64,000 nt of DNA, from positions 864,001 through 928,000 of the forward strand of contig CAWETW010000003.1 in the NCBI GenBank assembly GCA_963812155.1, written 5' to 3'. The stretch is from Vulcanimicrobiota bacterium (lineage in GTDB: Bacteria > Vulcanimicrobiota > Vulcanimicrobiia > Vulcanimicrobiales > Vulcanimicrobiaceae). Made by a program: the position numbers and the translations under genes. A model generated the notes under the pieces. That model was not told the origin of the DNA and made no database searches. It saw only the letters and a list, made by a program, of their open reading frames with translations. Shown here one piece after another: positions 20,018-31,452 of the stretch. The first letter of the stretch is position 1. Each line of letters opens with the position of its first letter.

Positions 20018-21449
20018 ATGACGACCGCAAACGCAATCATTGGGTCCGGCGCGACCCGCGCGGAGAGCGACTCGATGGGCAGCATCGACGTTCCTGCCGA
20101 CAAGTACTACGGCGCGCAATCGGCGCGCTCGCTCGTGCACTTCGATATCGGCGACGGCACCTGGCCGCGCGACGTGATGCCGAAGCCCGTCATTCGTGCG
20201 ATGGCGACGCTGAAGAAGGCGGCGGCGCTGGTCAATCGCGATCTGGGCAAACTCGACGGCGAACGCGCCGATTTGATCGTGCGGGCGGCCGACGAGATCG
20301 TCGAGGGAAAGCTCGACGCGCACTTTCCGCTGCGCGTGTGGCAGACGGGTTCCGGCACGCAGACGAACATGAACGTCAACGAAGTCATTTCGAACCGCGC
20401 GATCGAGCTTGCCGGCGGCCGGATGGGTTCCGAAAAAACCCGTGCACCCCAACGATCACGTCAACATGTCGCAGTCGTCCAACGACACGTTCCCGACGGC
20501 AATGCACGTGGCCGCGGCGCAGGCGATGTCGGAGATGCTGCCGGCGGTCGAGGCGTTGCGCGACGCGCTAGCGGTCAAGGCGAAGCAGTGGTCGCATATC
20601 GTCAAGGTCGGGCGGACGCACTTGCAGGACGCGACGCCGCTCACGCTGGGGCAAGAGTTTTCGGGCTACGTTACACAGCTGGACCGCGCGATGACTGCCT
20701 GCCGCGAGGCATTGAACCATCTCTACGATTTGGCGATCGGCGGCACGGCGGTCGGAACGGGGCTCAACGCGCATCCTGAGTTTGGCGAGCGCACCGCTAA
20801 GCGGATTGCGGAACTCACCGGGCTGCCGTTCCGCTCGCATCCGAACAAGTTCACCGCACTCGCATCGCACGACGACTTCGTCTTTGCATCCGGCGCACTC
20901 AAAATGCTGGCGGCGGCGCTGATGAAGATCGCCAACGACGTGCGCTGGCTGTCTTCGGGTCCGCGCGCTGGGATCGGCGAACTCATTTTGCCGGAAAACG
21001 AGCCGGGCAGTTCGATTATGCCGGGCAAGGTGAATCCGACGCAATCCGAAGCAATGACGATGGTCTGCGTACAGGTCTACGGCAACGACCTCGCCATTTC
21101 GCTCGGCGCGTCGCAAGGGAACTTCGAGCTGAACGTGTTTAATCCGGTGATGATCTACAATTTTCTGCACTCGGCAACGCTGCTGCGCGACGCCTGCACG
21201 ATGTTCCGCGAACACGCGATCGAAGGGCTGCAGGCCAACGAGGAGCAGATAAAACGCTATCTCGACCGCTCCCTGATGACCGTCACCGCGCTCGCGCCGC
21301 ACATCGGTTACGACAAGGCTGCCGAAATCGCCAAGCACGCGCACCATCACGAGAAGACGCTCAAAGAAGCGGCGCTCGAACTGGGCCACGTCAGCGAAGA
21401 GGATTTCGACCGCATCGTCGTTCCCAAGGACATGACGTACCCGAAGTAG
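20018..21449 (+). CDS. fumC: Fumarate hydratase class II (indel in the A-run near 20435)
   Basis: [41 protein letters not shown]. Confidence 0.95.
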
Positions 21450-21459
21450 TGCACGGGCC

Positions 21460-22452
21460 TCATAGTCCGTCGAGTTCGAACGCTTCGGCGCGGCCGTTGT
21501 AGGTGCCGACGCCGACGATGCCGCCACTGGGCGTGAATGCGTACGCGCATTCGAAGCGCCAGCCCGGTTTGCCGGCAACGTCGTCGAGTCGGACGAGCGT
21601 GCCGTTGTGCCAGACGAAGGCGTAGTGGCGTCCTGCATCTTCCAGCATACCGGCAACGCGGCCACGGTCGTCGATCGCGTACGCGACGCTGAGTCTATTG
21701 CCGGAGACGGGCTCGATCGGCGTGCCCGAACCGGTCCATATTCGTGCATGCGGCGTCACGGCAAAGGCGGCGCCCTGCGCCGGCGGAACGTCCGCGCCCG
21801 CGGCTACGCCGCTTGCATTGATCGCGAGCGGCACGCCGCTGCCGAGCGGTTCGCGCACGCGCACGTGCCAGCGCAGGGCCGTAAAGCGTTCGTTGCTCGA
21901 CACGACGTTCGAGGGCGACGGAACGTTGTCGATCGTCGCCATGTATCCGGCCGCGTACGTACCTTTCGTTGCCGTCGCGATGCCGTTGCCCTCGTTCAAG
22001 CAGAGGCCGCTGCGCAGGTAGAGCACGACCGGCGCGTTCTGTCCGCTCGTGTCGTCGAGGTCGACGAGCGCGGGAGAGCGCATCGTCGCAATCAGCGCGC
22101 CGTCGTCGAGTTGTCCGGCGAGAAGCGGACCCGCGGAGTCGTGGGGAAACGCTTCACACGTTCCGAGGTCGACCGGCCGCGGACGCGCTCCGCTAAAACG
22201 CACGGGGCGATCCGAGTTGATGAAGAGCGCACCATCGCGGTCAAAGCCCGCGATCCATCCCGTCACGCCGATGACGCGGCTGCCGCCGGAGGTCCACATC
22301 ACCGGTCGCGTGCGAAAACCGGCGAACGTCACGGTCGCGGCGACGACGCCGGCGTGCGACACGGTCATCAACGCGCGCGAGCCGAGCGGCTCGATCGTCG
22401 CGTGTAGTGGAAGCGCCAGCATTTGGACGGTGACGAGCAGTGCGGCCAGCAT
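21460..22452 (-). CDS. Exported hypothetical protein with HAF-like extracellular repeats
   Basis: Signal peptide; AINASGVAAG, AYAIDDRGRVAG, YAFVWHNG, GGIVGVGTYNGRAEAF. Confidence 0.65.
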   Translation of the reverse strand: MLAALLVTVQMLALPLHATIEPLGSRALMTVSHAGVVAATVTFAGFRTRPVMWTSGGSRVIGVTGWIAGFDRDGALFINSDRPVRFSGARPRPVDLGTCEAFPHDSAGPLLAGQLDDGALIATMRSPALVDLDDTSGQNAPVVLYLRSGLCLNEGNGIATATKGTYAAGYMATIDNVPSPSNVVSSNERFTALRWHVRVREPLGSGVPLAINASGVAAGADVPPAQGAAFAVTPHARIWTGSGTPIEPVSGNRLSVAYAIDDRGRVAGMLEDAGRHYAFVWHNGTLVRLDDVAGKPGWRFECAYAFTPSGGIVGVGTYNGRAEAFELDGL

Positions 22453-23687
22453 TAGCGGGTTTCGTTGCGAATTGCGGGGGTGACCAATGCTGCAAAGGCG
22501 ATGACGAGATAACCGATGCAGGCGATCCACATGGCGTCGTGCGGGCTGTGCTTATCGGCGACCCATCCGAAGAGCAGGACGCCCGGTGCGATGCTCGACA
22601 GCACGAATACGCGCACCGCCCCCATCACGCGGCCGATCATTTCCTCGGGCGTCACCCGCATGCGAAAACCGATGACTTGCGCGACTTCGAAGTTCGCGAG
22701 CGTGTTGGAGAGCGCCCAAAACACGGCCACCAGCCACACGTTGCGCACGAGCACGACCGGCAGAAATGCCAATCCGTCGAGCACGTATGCGGTGGTCAGC
22801 GCACGTCCGAAGGGCCAGCGCGTAGAATACCGCGACGCGAACCACGCCCCGATCACGGCGCCCGCTGCCGAGATTCCAAAGAAGATACCGACGATCTGAT
22901 CGGTCGCACCGAAACCTTTCTTGAGAAACGGAATGAGAATCGCGTAGCAGCCGAAGCCGAAGAAATTAAACGCAAATGCGGCGAGCGCTTGCGCGCGCAT
23001 CGCGGCGTCGCCCCAGAGCTGGCGAAACCCGAGCGCGATGTCGTCGGCGAGGTGGCGCGGCTTGGGAACGCCTTGGACGGTGTCGGGACCGAGCGAACGA
23101 ATGCGCAACAGCGACATCTGCGACCCGAGGTAGGTCAGCGCGTTGAGCATCAGCGCCGGCAGCGGGCCGAAGAAGGCGAAGATCGCGCCACCGATGACCG
23201 GCGTCACGAGATTCGACGCATTCTCCGACGCGATCAGCAGCGCAATCGCTTCGGTCGAGCGTTCTTTGCCCAGCAAGTACGGAATGCTCGACGACTGTGC
23301 GCCCAGGAACGCCGCCGCGCAGGTCGAGATGACGATCAGGCCGCCGTAGATCATCGGCAGCGTCAGGAAATGCTGCCAGTACGCCACCGCGAAGAAGGCC
23401 ATCACGAGAAAGCGAATGGCATCGCAGCCGATCATGAGACGGCGGCGGTCGAGCCGGTCGGCCAGCGAACCGCCGACGAGCGAAAAGAGCGAGAACGGCA
23501 CGATCTCGCAGATGAACGCGCCGCCGGTCGAGAGAGCCGAGTGCGTCAGGTGGTAGGCCAGCAGCGGCATCGCGAGCGTGCGCAACCCGTCGCCGAGCAG
23601 GCTCAGCGACTGACCGACGAAGTACTGCCGGAACGCGCGCGACGCGAAGATGCTCGGCCGTCTGCGCCGGGCGCGGGCCGGCGTCAT
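22452..23687 (-). CDS. MFS transporter (H+ antiporter/MFS_3-like)
   Basis: About 12 TM; GGSLADRLDRRRLM motif A; ATG 23687 overlaps the upstream stop. Confidence 0.88.
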   Translation of the reverse strand: MTPARARRRRPSIFASRAFRQYFVGQSLSLLGDGLRTLAMPLLAYHLTHSALSTGGAFICEIVPFSLFSLVGGSLADRLDRRRLMIGCDAIRFLVMAFFAVAYWQHFLTLPMIYGGLIVISTCAAAFLGAQSSSIPYLLGKERSTEAIALLIASENASNLVTPVIGGAIFAFFGPLPALMLNALTYLGSQMSLLRIRSLGPDTVQGVPKPRHLADDIALGFRQLWGDAAMRAQALAAFAFNFFGFGCYAILIPFLKKGFGATDQIVGIFFGISAAGAVIGAWFASRYSTRWPFGRALTTAYVLDGLAFLPVVLVRNVWLVAVFWALSNTLANFEVAQVIGFRMRVTPEEMIGRVMGAVRVFVLSSIAPGVLLFGWVADKHSPHDAMWIACIGYLVIAFAALVTPAIRNETR

Positions 23688-24457
23688 AGGTGACGCCAGA
23701 CGAGCGATCCGGCGACGATAACGAGTCCGAACGCGACGACGAGAAGCAGGTGCGGCGATTTCATGCTCTTGGAAAAGCGCGCGCCGATCGGGCCGCCGAG
23801 CAGTCCGCCGGCGACCAGCGGCACGACGTCGTGCAGATCGACGTCGCGCTGCAGAGCGTGAACGACCAATCCGACCGGCGACGTCAACAGAATGCCGAAC
23901 TGCGACGTCGCGCTGACCGCATGAATCGGCAGTTCGGAGAAGTAGAGCAGCGTCGGCACGAGTATCACTCCGCCGCCCAGATCCGAACAGACTCGAGAAG
24001 ATGCCGATGAGAAAGCCCAGCAGCAACGCCGCGCGATACGACATGCCTTTGATTTCGTGCACGTGCTGGTGTTCGGGACGGCCGCGCATGCGCTTTTCGC
24101 GCGTTCCACGCCATGTCGACGGCGACGGAAAACAGCAGCACCGCAAGGATCCAGTCGAAGAGCCGCGGCGCGATGTGCAGCGAGAGCATCGCGCCGATGA
24201 CGCCGCCCGGCAGTCCGCCGGCCGCGAGCAGCAGGCCGATCTTCAAATGCACGCGGCGCTGCAAGAGGTAGGCGACGGCGCCGCTCGCGCTGCTGGCGAC
24301 GATCAGCACGAGCGACGTGCCGGCGGCTTCGGCCGGAGCGAGTCCGAAGAACAGGCGCAATGCGGGCACGAGAATAAAGCCGCCGCCGAGCCCGACCATC
24401 GCGCCGAAGACGCTGGCGAAGAACGCGAGCGCAAACAGCAAGAGCGCGGCTTCGCAC
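23684..24457 (-). CDS. Sulfite exporter TauE/SafE family protein (multiple indels; start approximate)
   Basis: GAMVGLGGGFILVPAL and repeat FG.GGGVILVP spread over three frames. Confidence 0.82.
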   Translation of the reverse strand: MRSRALAVCARVLRQRLRRDGRARRRLYSRARIAPVLRTRSGRSRRHVARADRRQQRERRRRLPLAAPRAFEDRPAARGRRTAGRRHRRDALAAHRAAALRLDPCGAAVFRRRRHGVERAKSACAAVPNTSTCTKSKACRIARRCCWAFSSASSRVCSDLGGGVILVPTLLYFSELPIHAVSATSQFGILLTSPVGLVVHALQRDVDLHDVVPLVAGGLLGGPIGARFSKSMKSPHLLLVVAFGLVIVAGSLVWRHL

Positions 24458-24459
24458 GG

Positions 24460-26350
24460 GCCCGATTCACGCGGCTTTAACGCCGTAACGTTGTAGATCG
24501 CGATCGGCAGGCTTTTGCCCTTGACCACCACCGGTTCGAGCTCTTCGACCTCGACCGCGTCGCGACACTCGGCGTAGGTGCTCTCGCTGATGACGATCTC
24601 ACCGGCCTTGGCCACGTTGTAGAGGCGCGCGGCGACGTTGACGTTATCGCCGATCACGGTGTAGTTCATGCGCGAACTCGCGCCGAGATTGCCCATGACG
24701 ACGTCGCCGGTGTTGATGCCCATGCCGACGGTGAACTCGCGCTTCCCTTCGCTGCGCCAGCGCGCACACAACTGCGCGATTCTCGCCTGCTGCTCGACCG
24801 CGGCGATGACGGCGTTGCGCGCGTCGTCCGGCGTCTGGTACGGCGCCGAGAACACCGCCATGACGCAGTCGCCGATGAACTTGTCGACGTAGCCGCCGTG
24901 TTCGAAGACGATCGCGCACATCTCTTCGAAGTACTCGTTGAGCTGCTCGTAGATCTCTTCGGGGGTCATCGTCTCGCACATCGCGGTAAACCCGCGAATG
25001 TCGCTGTAGAAGATCGTCGCTTTCACGCGCTTGCCGTGGAGCGCGAGCGCTTCGCGGGGATCGTCCTGTTTCAGAATTTCGGTGACGATCGCTGGGCTGA
25101 CGTGCATGCCGAAAAGGTTCGTCACCATGCGCCGCGCGGAGCCTTCGCCGACCAGACGATACGCTGCGACGAAGGTCGTCGCCAGCAGCATCGCGAGCTC
25201 GACGTGAATCAGATCGAGCCAATAGAGATTGACGACGAAAATCCTGAGATCGACGTACGCATAGACGCAGGGCGGCGCCAACCGAAAGTGCGATCGCGGG
25301 CGTCGTGCGCATGAGCGTGAAGAGCAGTGCGACCAGCAGCGGCAGCAGGAGCGCGAGCGTCAGGTTGAGCGCAGCCGGAGCCGGCCGCACGTAGCAAACC
25401 GCGCATCAACTGATCGGCGAACCGTGCGTTGACGAAAAGTCCCGGAATGCGCCCGCGTCCCGCCGTGGTCGCAAAGTCGCCGAGACCTTGCGCGGTCGCG
25501 CCGACGAAGATCAGCGCGCCGTCGGCAAAGGGCCGCAGATCCGCCGGCGATTCGGCGAACGCGTCGCCGAGCGCAATCGGTGCCGCGTCCTGCGAACGTT
25601 TGCGTAAGCACTTGCGTCGCCGGTGTCGAGATCTTGGTGCGCGGCAATCTGGGGCGGCAGCAGAAGCATGCGGCCCGCATCGTCGGTTGGAATCGTTGCG
25701 GCGTCGAGCGGACGCCCTTCGAGGGTCGCCACGCCGGCGGCGGCAAGCGAGTAAAGGCGTTCGTTGGCGTGCGTGCCGCCGGCCGACGTGTCGATTTCCA
25801 TCGGCTGGCCGATGAGATAGCCGCCGGGCGTGTCGATGGCGTTGAAACCGATCGACGCCGCAGCGCTTTGCAAGCTCGGGGATCGGGCGTTGTTCGCCGA
25901 TTTGGCCGGCGGTCGTCGTGTTAAGCGGATAGGCGAGGACCGACGGCATCTGCCGCAATGCGGCTGCGAACGCGCGATCTTGTGCGGGATCGTTTACTCG
26001 GTTCGAGAAATTCGATGTCGAAGACGACGGCTTTCGCGCCGGCGGCTTTGAGATGGTTGAGCAGCGTCGCGTAGACGCGCGCGGGAATCGGAAATCCGGT
26101 TTTGCGCAGCGTCGCATCGTCGATCGTAACGATGCCGAGGCTGAGGATTCGGTTCGGCGTCGTATCGCGGACGGCCGAATCCGAGCTGAGGCCCGCATCG
26201 ATCGCCGCGACGTGCAATCGCAAGATCGGCGATGCGGTTGACGAACGGCAGAATCGTCAGCGGAAGCGCGATGAGAATCGCGGCCGCCGATTGCGCCGCG
26301 GCAGCGCCCAGCAGCAGGGCGATGATCAGCACCCGCCGACGCGCCGGCAT
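24460..26350 (-). CDS. CHASE2-domain class III adenylate cyclase (multiple indels; end approximate)
   Basis: IVTIDDATL...GAKAVVFDIEF (CHASE2); FYSDIRGFT, DKFIGDCVM, YTVIGDNVNVAARL. Confidence 0.85.
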
Positions 26351-26363
26351 CGCCGGGAGTCCC

Positions 26364-26924
26364 TTAGCCCGAGCGGCCGATGTAACGGCGGTCGCGCGTG
26401 TCGATGCGGATGACGTTTCCGGATTCGACGAAGAGCGGCACTTGCACCGTCGCGCCGGTTTCGAGCTTCGCCGGTTTGGTCGTGTTGGTCGCCGTGTCGC
26501 CTTTGAAGCCGGGATCGGTTTCGACGATCTTCAACTCGACGTGCGCCGGCAGATCGACGCCGATCGGCGGACCGTCGTGGAACTGCACGTCGACGACCAT
26601 GCCGTCTTTGAGGAAGTCGGCCGGGTCGCCGATGAGGTCGCGCTGGAGGGTGACGTTCTCGAACGTCTCTTGATCCATGAAGTGGAAGCCGTCGGCGTCG
26701 TTGTAGAGCATCTGCATCTGGCGGTTGTCGACGGTCGCGCGCTCGAGCTTTTCGCCGGCGCGAAACGTACGTTCGAGCGTCGTGCCGGTCTTGACGTTCT
26801 TCAGGCGCGTGCGCACGAACGCCGAACCCTTGCCGGGCTTGACGTGGAGGAACTCGATGACGGTCCAGAGGTGGCCGTCCACGACGATGGTGACGCCGTT
26901 ACGGAGGTCGTTCGACGAAATCAT
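26364..26924 (-). CDS. efp: Elongation factor P
   Basis: HVKPGKGSAFVRT, PGFKGDTA, VQVPLFV. Confidence 0.97.
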   Translation of the reverse strand: MISSNDLRNGVTIVVDGHLWTVIEFLHVKPGKGSAFVRTRLKNVKTGTTLERTFRAGEKLERATVDNRQMQMLYNDADGFHFMDQETFENVTLQRDLIGDPADFLKDGMVVDVQFHDGPPIGVDLPAHVELKIVETDPGFKGDTATNTTKPAKLETGATVQVPLFVESGNVIRIDTRDRRYIGRSG

Positions 26925-26959
26925 GACCCGGCGCCATACGGGCTCGGCGGGCGGAAGCC

Positions 26960-27566
26960 CTATCGGCGCTTGAAGAAGCGGATCGGGTTTTCGGTGCCGG
27001 CGCGCAGGCGCGCGATGTTCTCACGATGCATGTAAGCGATAAACAGCGCGGCGAGCGCAGCGTAGACTCGTTTCCGCGGCGCGAGCCGGTAAAGAACCAC
27101 AGCGCGACGGCCGCGAGCGACGCTGCCGAGCATCGACCCGACCGAGGAATACTGCGTGAGCAACGCGCCGGCGATCCAGCCGCCGACCGCGACCAAGCCG
27201 GCCGCCCAACTCATCGCGAAGATCGCACCGAACGACGTCGCGACGCCTTTGCCGCCGCGCCAGCGCAGCCACGGCGAGAAACAGTGTCCGAGCACGGCCG
27301 CAGCGGCGACGACCGCCTCGGCAACGCCCGAACCGTGGAAGTAGCAGCGATGCAACGAACACCGGAGCGAAACCCTTGAGCGCGTCGAGCAGCAGCACCG
27401 CCGCGCCGCCGGCCTTGCCCAGCGTGCGCAGCGCGTTCATCGCACCGATGTTGCCCGAACCCTCGGCGCGGATGTCGGTGCGGTAGAATCCGCGCCCGAT
27501 CAGATAGCCGAACGGAATCGATCCGACGACGAACGCGACGAGTACCGCGACGACGATGCCGGTCAC
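26960..27566 (-). CDS. plsY: Glycerol-3-phosphate acyltransferase (indels)
   Basis: GSIPFG, DIRAEGSGNIGAMN, LLDALKG, GHCFSPW...GGKGVAT, HRENIARL. Confidence 0.93.
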
Positions 27567-28910
27567 GTTTCGGCGGTTTCGCGCCGCGGCCGAAACTCGA
27601 GCGTCAGCGGAACGCCTTCGAAATCGAAGTGCTGCCGAATGACGTTTTCGAGAAAGCGGCGGTAGTGCGACTGCAGCAGATCCGGGTCGTTGCAGGGGAA
27701 GACGAAAAGCGGCGGATGCGTGGCGGGCTGCGCCACGTAGTAGACCTTGAAGAGCCTTCCGCCGGCGGCGGGCGCGGGATGCGCCAGCACCGCGTCGCGC
27801 AGGGCGGCGTTGAGCGGCGCCGTCGGAATGCGCCGGTCGAGATTGTCGGCGACGCGGTCGACCAGCGGCATCAAACTGCCCAAGCGGCGCTGCGTCTTCG
27901 CCGAAAGGAACGTCATCGGCGCGAAGCGCGCGAACGGCATGAGGTCGCGAATGACGTTCGCGAGTTCGCCTTGACTGAATTCGCCCTGCTCGCGCACGAG
28001 GTCCCACTTGTTGCCGACGATGATCAAGCCTTTGCGTTCTTCGATCGCGATGCCGGCGAGGCGCCGGTCCTGCGTCGTCACGCCCATCATCGAGTCGAAG
28101 ACCAGCAGCGCGATGTCGCAGCGCGCGATCGCTTTGAGCGAGCGTAGCGCTGCATAGTATTCGATCGCGCCGTGCGCTTCGGGCTTCTTGTGCACGCCGG
28201 CGGTGTCGATCAGACGCAGCGTGCTGTTCCCGCGCACGAGCAGCGTGTCGATCGCGTCGCGCGTCGTGCCCGGAACTTCCGAAACGATCGCGCGTTCTTC
28301 GCCGAGCAGCGCGTTGAGCAGCGAACTCTTGCCGACGTTCGGACGGCCGATGATCGCAAGCGCGAGTTCGCCTTCCATCGGGCGCATCCGGTGCGGACGG
28401 GGGCAGCAGCTCGACGACCCGATCGAGCAGGTCGCCGGTGCCCTCGCCGTGGATCGCCGAGACCGCGATCGGTTCGCCGAAGCCGAGTCGGGCAAACTCG
28501 GCGTGAACGGCCGACGCCGCGGACGGCGATTCGGCTTTGTTGGCGACGAGCACCATCGGGCCTGCGTTTGCGCCGCAGAATGGCGCCGACGTCTTCGTCG
28601 AGCGGATGCAATCCGGTCTGCGCGTCGACGACGAAGAGCACGACGTCGGCCTCGGCGCGGCCGCCTCGGCCTGGCGCCGCGTCGTCTCGGCAAAGCCGGT
28701 GTCCGAACCGGCGGCATCGGGGTCGATGCCGGCCGTGTCGACGATGCTGAAAATGCGCCCGCGCCACTCGCAGAGCGCATAGAGCCGGTCGCGGGTGACG
28801 CCCGGCGTGTCCTCGACGATGGCCAGCCGCCGGCCGATCAACCGGTTGAAGAGCGCGCTCTTGCCGACGTTAGGGCGGCCGACGACCGCGACGGTCGCCG
28901 GGCGCAGCAT
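27563..28910 (-). CDS. der: Ribosome biogenesis GTPase Der (indels)
   Basis: Two GTPase domains, each with GRPNVGKS and DTAG; C-terminal YRRFLEN..R..FDFEGVP. Confidence 0.95.
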
Positions 28911-29023
28911 TCCTTCGCCGCCGGTGGAGTGCTCGATCGTTTGCACGACCGCCTCTGTTCGAACTCGGCGGTCGCGGCACCCGGCCGGAGGCGGCGGCAC
29001 GCTCCGAGAAGTCCCGCCCCCGC

Positions 29024-30424
29024 ATGCCCCGCATCTACATCGAAACCTTCGGCTGCCAAATGAACGAGGCCGACTCGCAGTACGTCGCCGACCGGGCGAC
29101 TGCCGCAGGCTACGGCATCGCGGTGAAAGCCGAAGAAGCCAACGTCGTCATCATCAACACGTGCACGGTCCGCGACAACGCCGAGCGCCGCGCGTACGGC
29201 CGGATGAATCACTTCAAGGCGCTCAAAGACGCCGTGCCGGCGACGCGTTTAGTCGTCATGGGTTGCCTCGCCGAGCAAGACCGCACGCGCATGCGTACGC
29301 TTGCGCCGCACGTCGACGCCGTTTTCGGAACGCGCGAACTCGCCCAACTCGGCGACCAGCTTAGCGCGTGGCAGCCCGATTTCGCCGGCCGCGTCGATTT
29401 TGCGGACGACCGCGCGCTGCTCGAGCCCTTCGGAGGGACGGCCGACGGCGTCGTCGACGCCTTTTCTCCGCTACGCGCCTTCGTCAACGTGCAGCGCGGC
29501 TGCTCGTATTACTGCACGTTCTGCATCGTCCCGCAGGTGCGCGGCCGGTTCGACCACCGTCCGCTCGAAGCCATCGTCCGGGACGTCGCAGCAAAGGTTG
29601 CCGCCGGCGCGCGCGAGGTGATGCTCGTCGGGCAAACCGTGAACGCGTGGAAGGATCCGGCTTCCGGCGAAGACTTCGGCGATCTCTGCCGCGCGGTCGG
29701 ACGCCTGCCCGGTTTGGAGCGGCTGAGCTTCATCTCGCCGCATCCCAAAGACTTCAGCGAGAAGACGATCGCCGATCTGGCGGCGGTGCCGCAGCTGAAC
29801 CCGCGCCTGCACATGCCGATGCAGTCGGCCAGCGACGCGGTGCTGCGCCGCATGAATCGCAAGTATACCGCCGCGCTGTTCCACGAAAAGGTCGAACTCG
29901 TGCGCCGCTACCTGCCGGGATGGGCGATCACGACCGATCTCATCGTGGGCTTCCCGGGCGAGAGCGACGACGATTTCGAGCACACGCTCGCGTACGTGCG
30001 AAGCGGCGTTTTCGCCAACGCCTTCACGTTCATGTATTCGATTCGCCGCGGCACGCCGGCAGCGCACTGGGAACAGGTGCCGCGCGAGATTGCGGCGGCG
30101 CGCTTCGCGCGGCTGCTCGACGCGCAGAACGCGATCACGCGCGCGTATCACGACGGAAAGATCGGTTCCGTCGTGCGCGCGCTGGTAACCGGACCGTCGA
30201 AGAAAGACGAGAGCAGGCTCGCCGCCAAGACGCTCGACAACGTGACGATCATCGCGCCGATGCCGGAGGACTACGACGAAACGCTGTACGCAAACGAACC
30301 CTGGATCGACGTTGCCGTCGAAACCGCACACGTATGGGGCTGCACCGGAACGATCGAGCGGCGCGCGGCACGCTATGCCGGCTCCGGCACCGCGGTCGAG
30401 CGGCGTTCGGTGAGCCTCCTTTGA
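29024..30424 (+). CDS. miaB: tRNA-2-methylthio-N6-dimethylallyladenosine synthase (methylthiotransferase)
   Basis: TFGCQMNEADS, INTCTVR, GCSYYCTFCIVP, TTDLIVGFPGE; TRAM-like tail. Confidence 0.92.
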   Translation: MPRIYIETFGCQMNEADSQYVADRATAAGYGIAVKAEEANVVIINTCTVRDNAERRAYGRMNHFKALKDAVPATRLVVMGCLAEQDRTRMRTLAPHVDAVFGTRELAQLGDQLSAWQPDFAGRVDFADDRALLEPFGGTADGVVDAFSPLRAFVNVQRGCSYYCTFCIVPQVRGRFDHRPLEAIVRDVAAKVAAGAREVMLVGQTVNAWKDPASGEDFGDLCRAVGRLPGLERLSFISPHPKDFSEKTIADLAAVPQLNPRLHMPMQSASDAVLRRMNRKYTAALFHEKVELVRRYLPGWAITTDLIVGFPGESDDDFEHTLAYVRSGVFANAFTFMYSIRRGTPAAHWEQVPREIAAARFARLLDAQNAITRAYHDGKIGSVVRALVTGPSKKDESRLAAKTLDNVTIIAPMPEDYDETLYANEPWIDVAVETAHVWGCTGTIERRAARYAGSGTAVERRSVSLL

Positions 30425-30445
30425 TACGGGCGTCTCGGCGCTGAT

Positions 30446-31432
30446 GTGGCCGCCGCGCTGCTCGGATCGTTGACGGCCTGCGGCGGCTCGCAGGCCGTGC
30501 CGGTGCAGACGGCGCCGTTTGCCGGGACGCGGCCGCACTCCGCAACGCCGCAGTTCGTCGGATTCTGGGAATCGTGGTCGGATACAAACCGTCGAGACGC
30601 GTACTCGCGGTTGGGGAGCGTTCCGGCGGGCGTTACGACGGTCGACGTCGCGTTCAGCATCGCCGACGGCAACCAAATCTCCGATCCGCAAAATACCTAC
30701 CCTCTCGCGCCGGGTGCGCGCAGGGTGCACGCGCGCGGCGGCAAGGTGCTGCTCTCGTTCGGCGGCGCGACCTCGACCTTCGACATCACCGACCCTCAGG
30801 CGTTCGTGACGAATCTCAAAGAGTATCTGCAGAAGCATCCGGGAGTCTACGACGGCTTCGATTTCGACGACGAGGTCATGCAAACGCGCAGCAACGGACG
30901 GCGCCAACTCATCAACGTGCTGAAGGCGACGCGCGCGGCGTTCCCGTCCGCGGTCATTAGTTTCGACGCCGATTCGGCGGGCGCCGATCCGCACGTCGAC
31001 CTTCCGAACTACGCCGGCGAAGACCGGCTAATTCTCAAAGATGCCGGCAGCGCAATCGACTACGTCAACGTGATGGACTACGATCAGTACGGATGGAAGC
31101 CGTCGACGCATCCCGCCTGCACGTACCGGCCGGGCGCGCACGACGACTGCTACCTCGATATCGTGGAAGAGTTTGCAAACGTCCCGACCGGCGGAGGGAA
31201 GAAGTTTCCGGCGAGCAAGGTCGTGATGGGCCTGATGATCGGTAAGGCCGACGACGGTGCGTTTCTCACCCCGCAAAACTGCGCGGATTACGGCACGTGG
31301 GTGAGATCCAACGGTTTCGCCGGCGTCATGATCTGGGACGTCGACCTCGACAATCCACAAGCGCCGCCGAACGGCACCGGCTACGCGAAAGGCACCTACG
31401 TCAAGGCTATTGCCAACGCGCTCGGAACCTAA
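30446..31432 (+). CDS. Glycoside hydrolase family 18 (chitinase-like) lipoprotein; start uncertain
   Basis: Lipobox LTAC; KVLLSFGG, DGFDFDDE (DxxDxDxE), VNVMDYD, GVMIW. Confidence 0.85.
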   Translation: MAAALLGSLTACGGSQAVPVQTAPFAGTRPHSATPQFVGFWESWSDTNRRDAYSRLGSVPAGVTTVDVAFSIADGNQISDPQNTYPLAPGARRVHARGGKVLLSFGGATSTFDITDPQAFVTNLKEYLQKHPGVYDGFDFDDEVMQTRSNGRRQLINVLKATRAAFPSAVISFDADSAGADPHVDLPNYAGEDRLILKDAGSAIDYVNVMDYDQYGWKPSTHPACTYRPGAHDDCYLDIVEEFANVPTGGGKKFPASKVVMGLMIGKADDGAFLTPQNCADYGTWVRSNGFAGVMIWDVDLDNPQAPPNGTGYAKGTYVKAIANALGT

Positions 31433-31452
31433 GACCTCGTGAGTCCAGCGCT

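Noticed and set aside
23965..25281. Apparent adenylate cyclase-TauE fusion
   Set aside because: The region is dense in indels and the junction contains a GTGA start/stop-like overlap; a fusion cannot be supported without reads.
29471..30994. Long antisense or alternative-frame ORFs (this one and many Arg/Ala-rich ORFs in the track)
   Set aside because: Shadow ORFs of high-GC coding sequence with no recognisable motifs.
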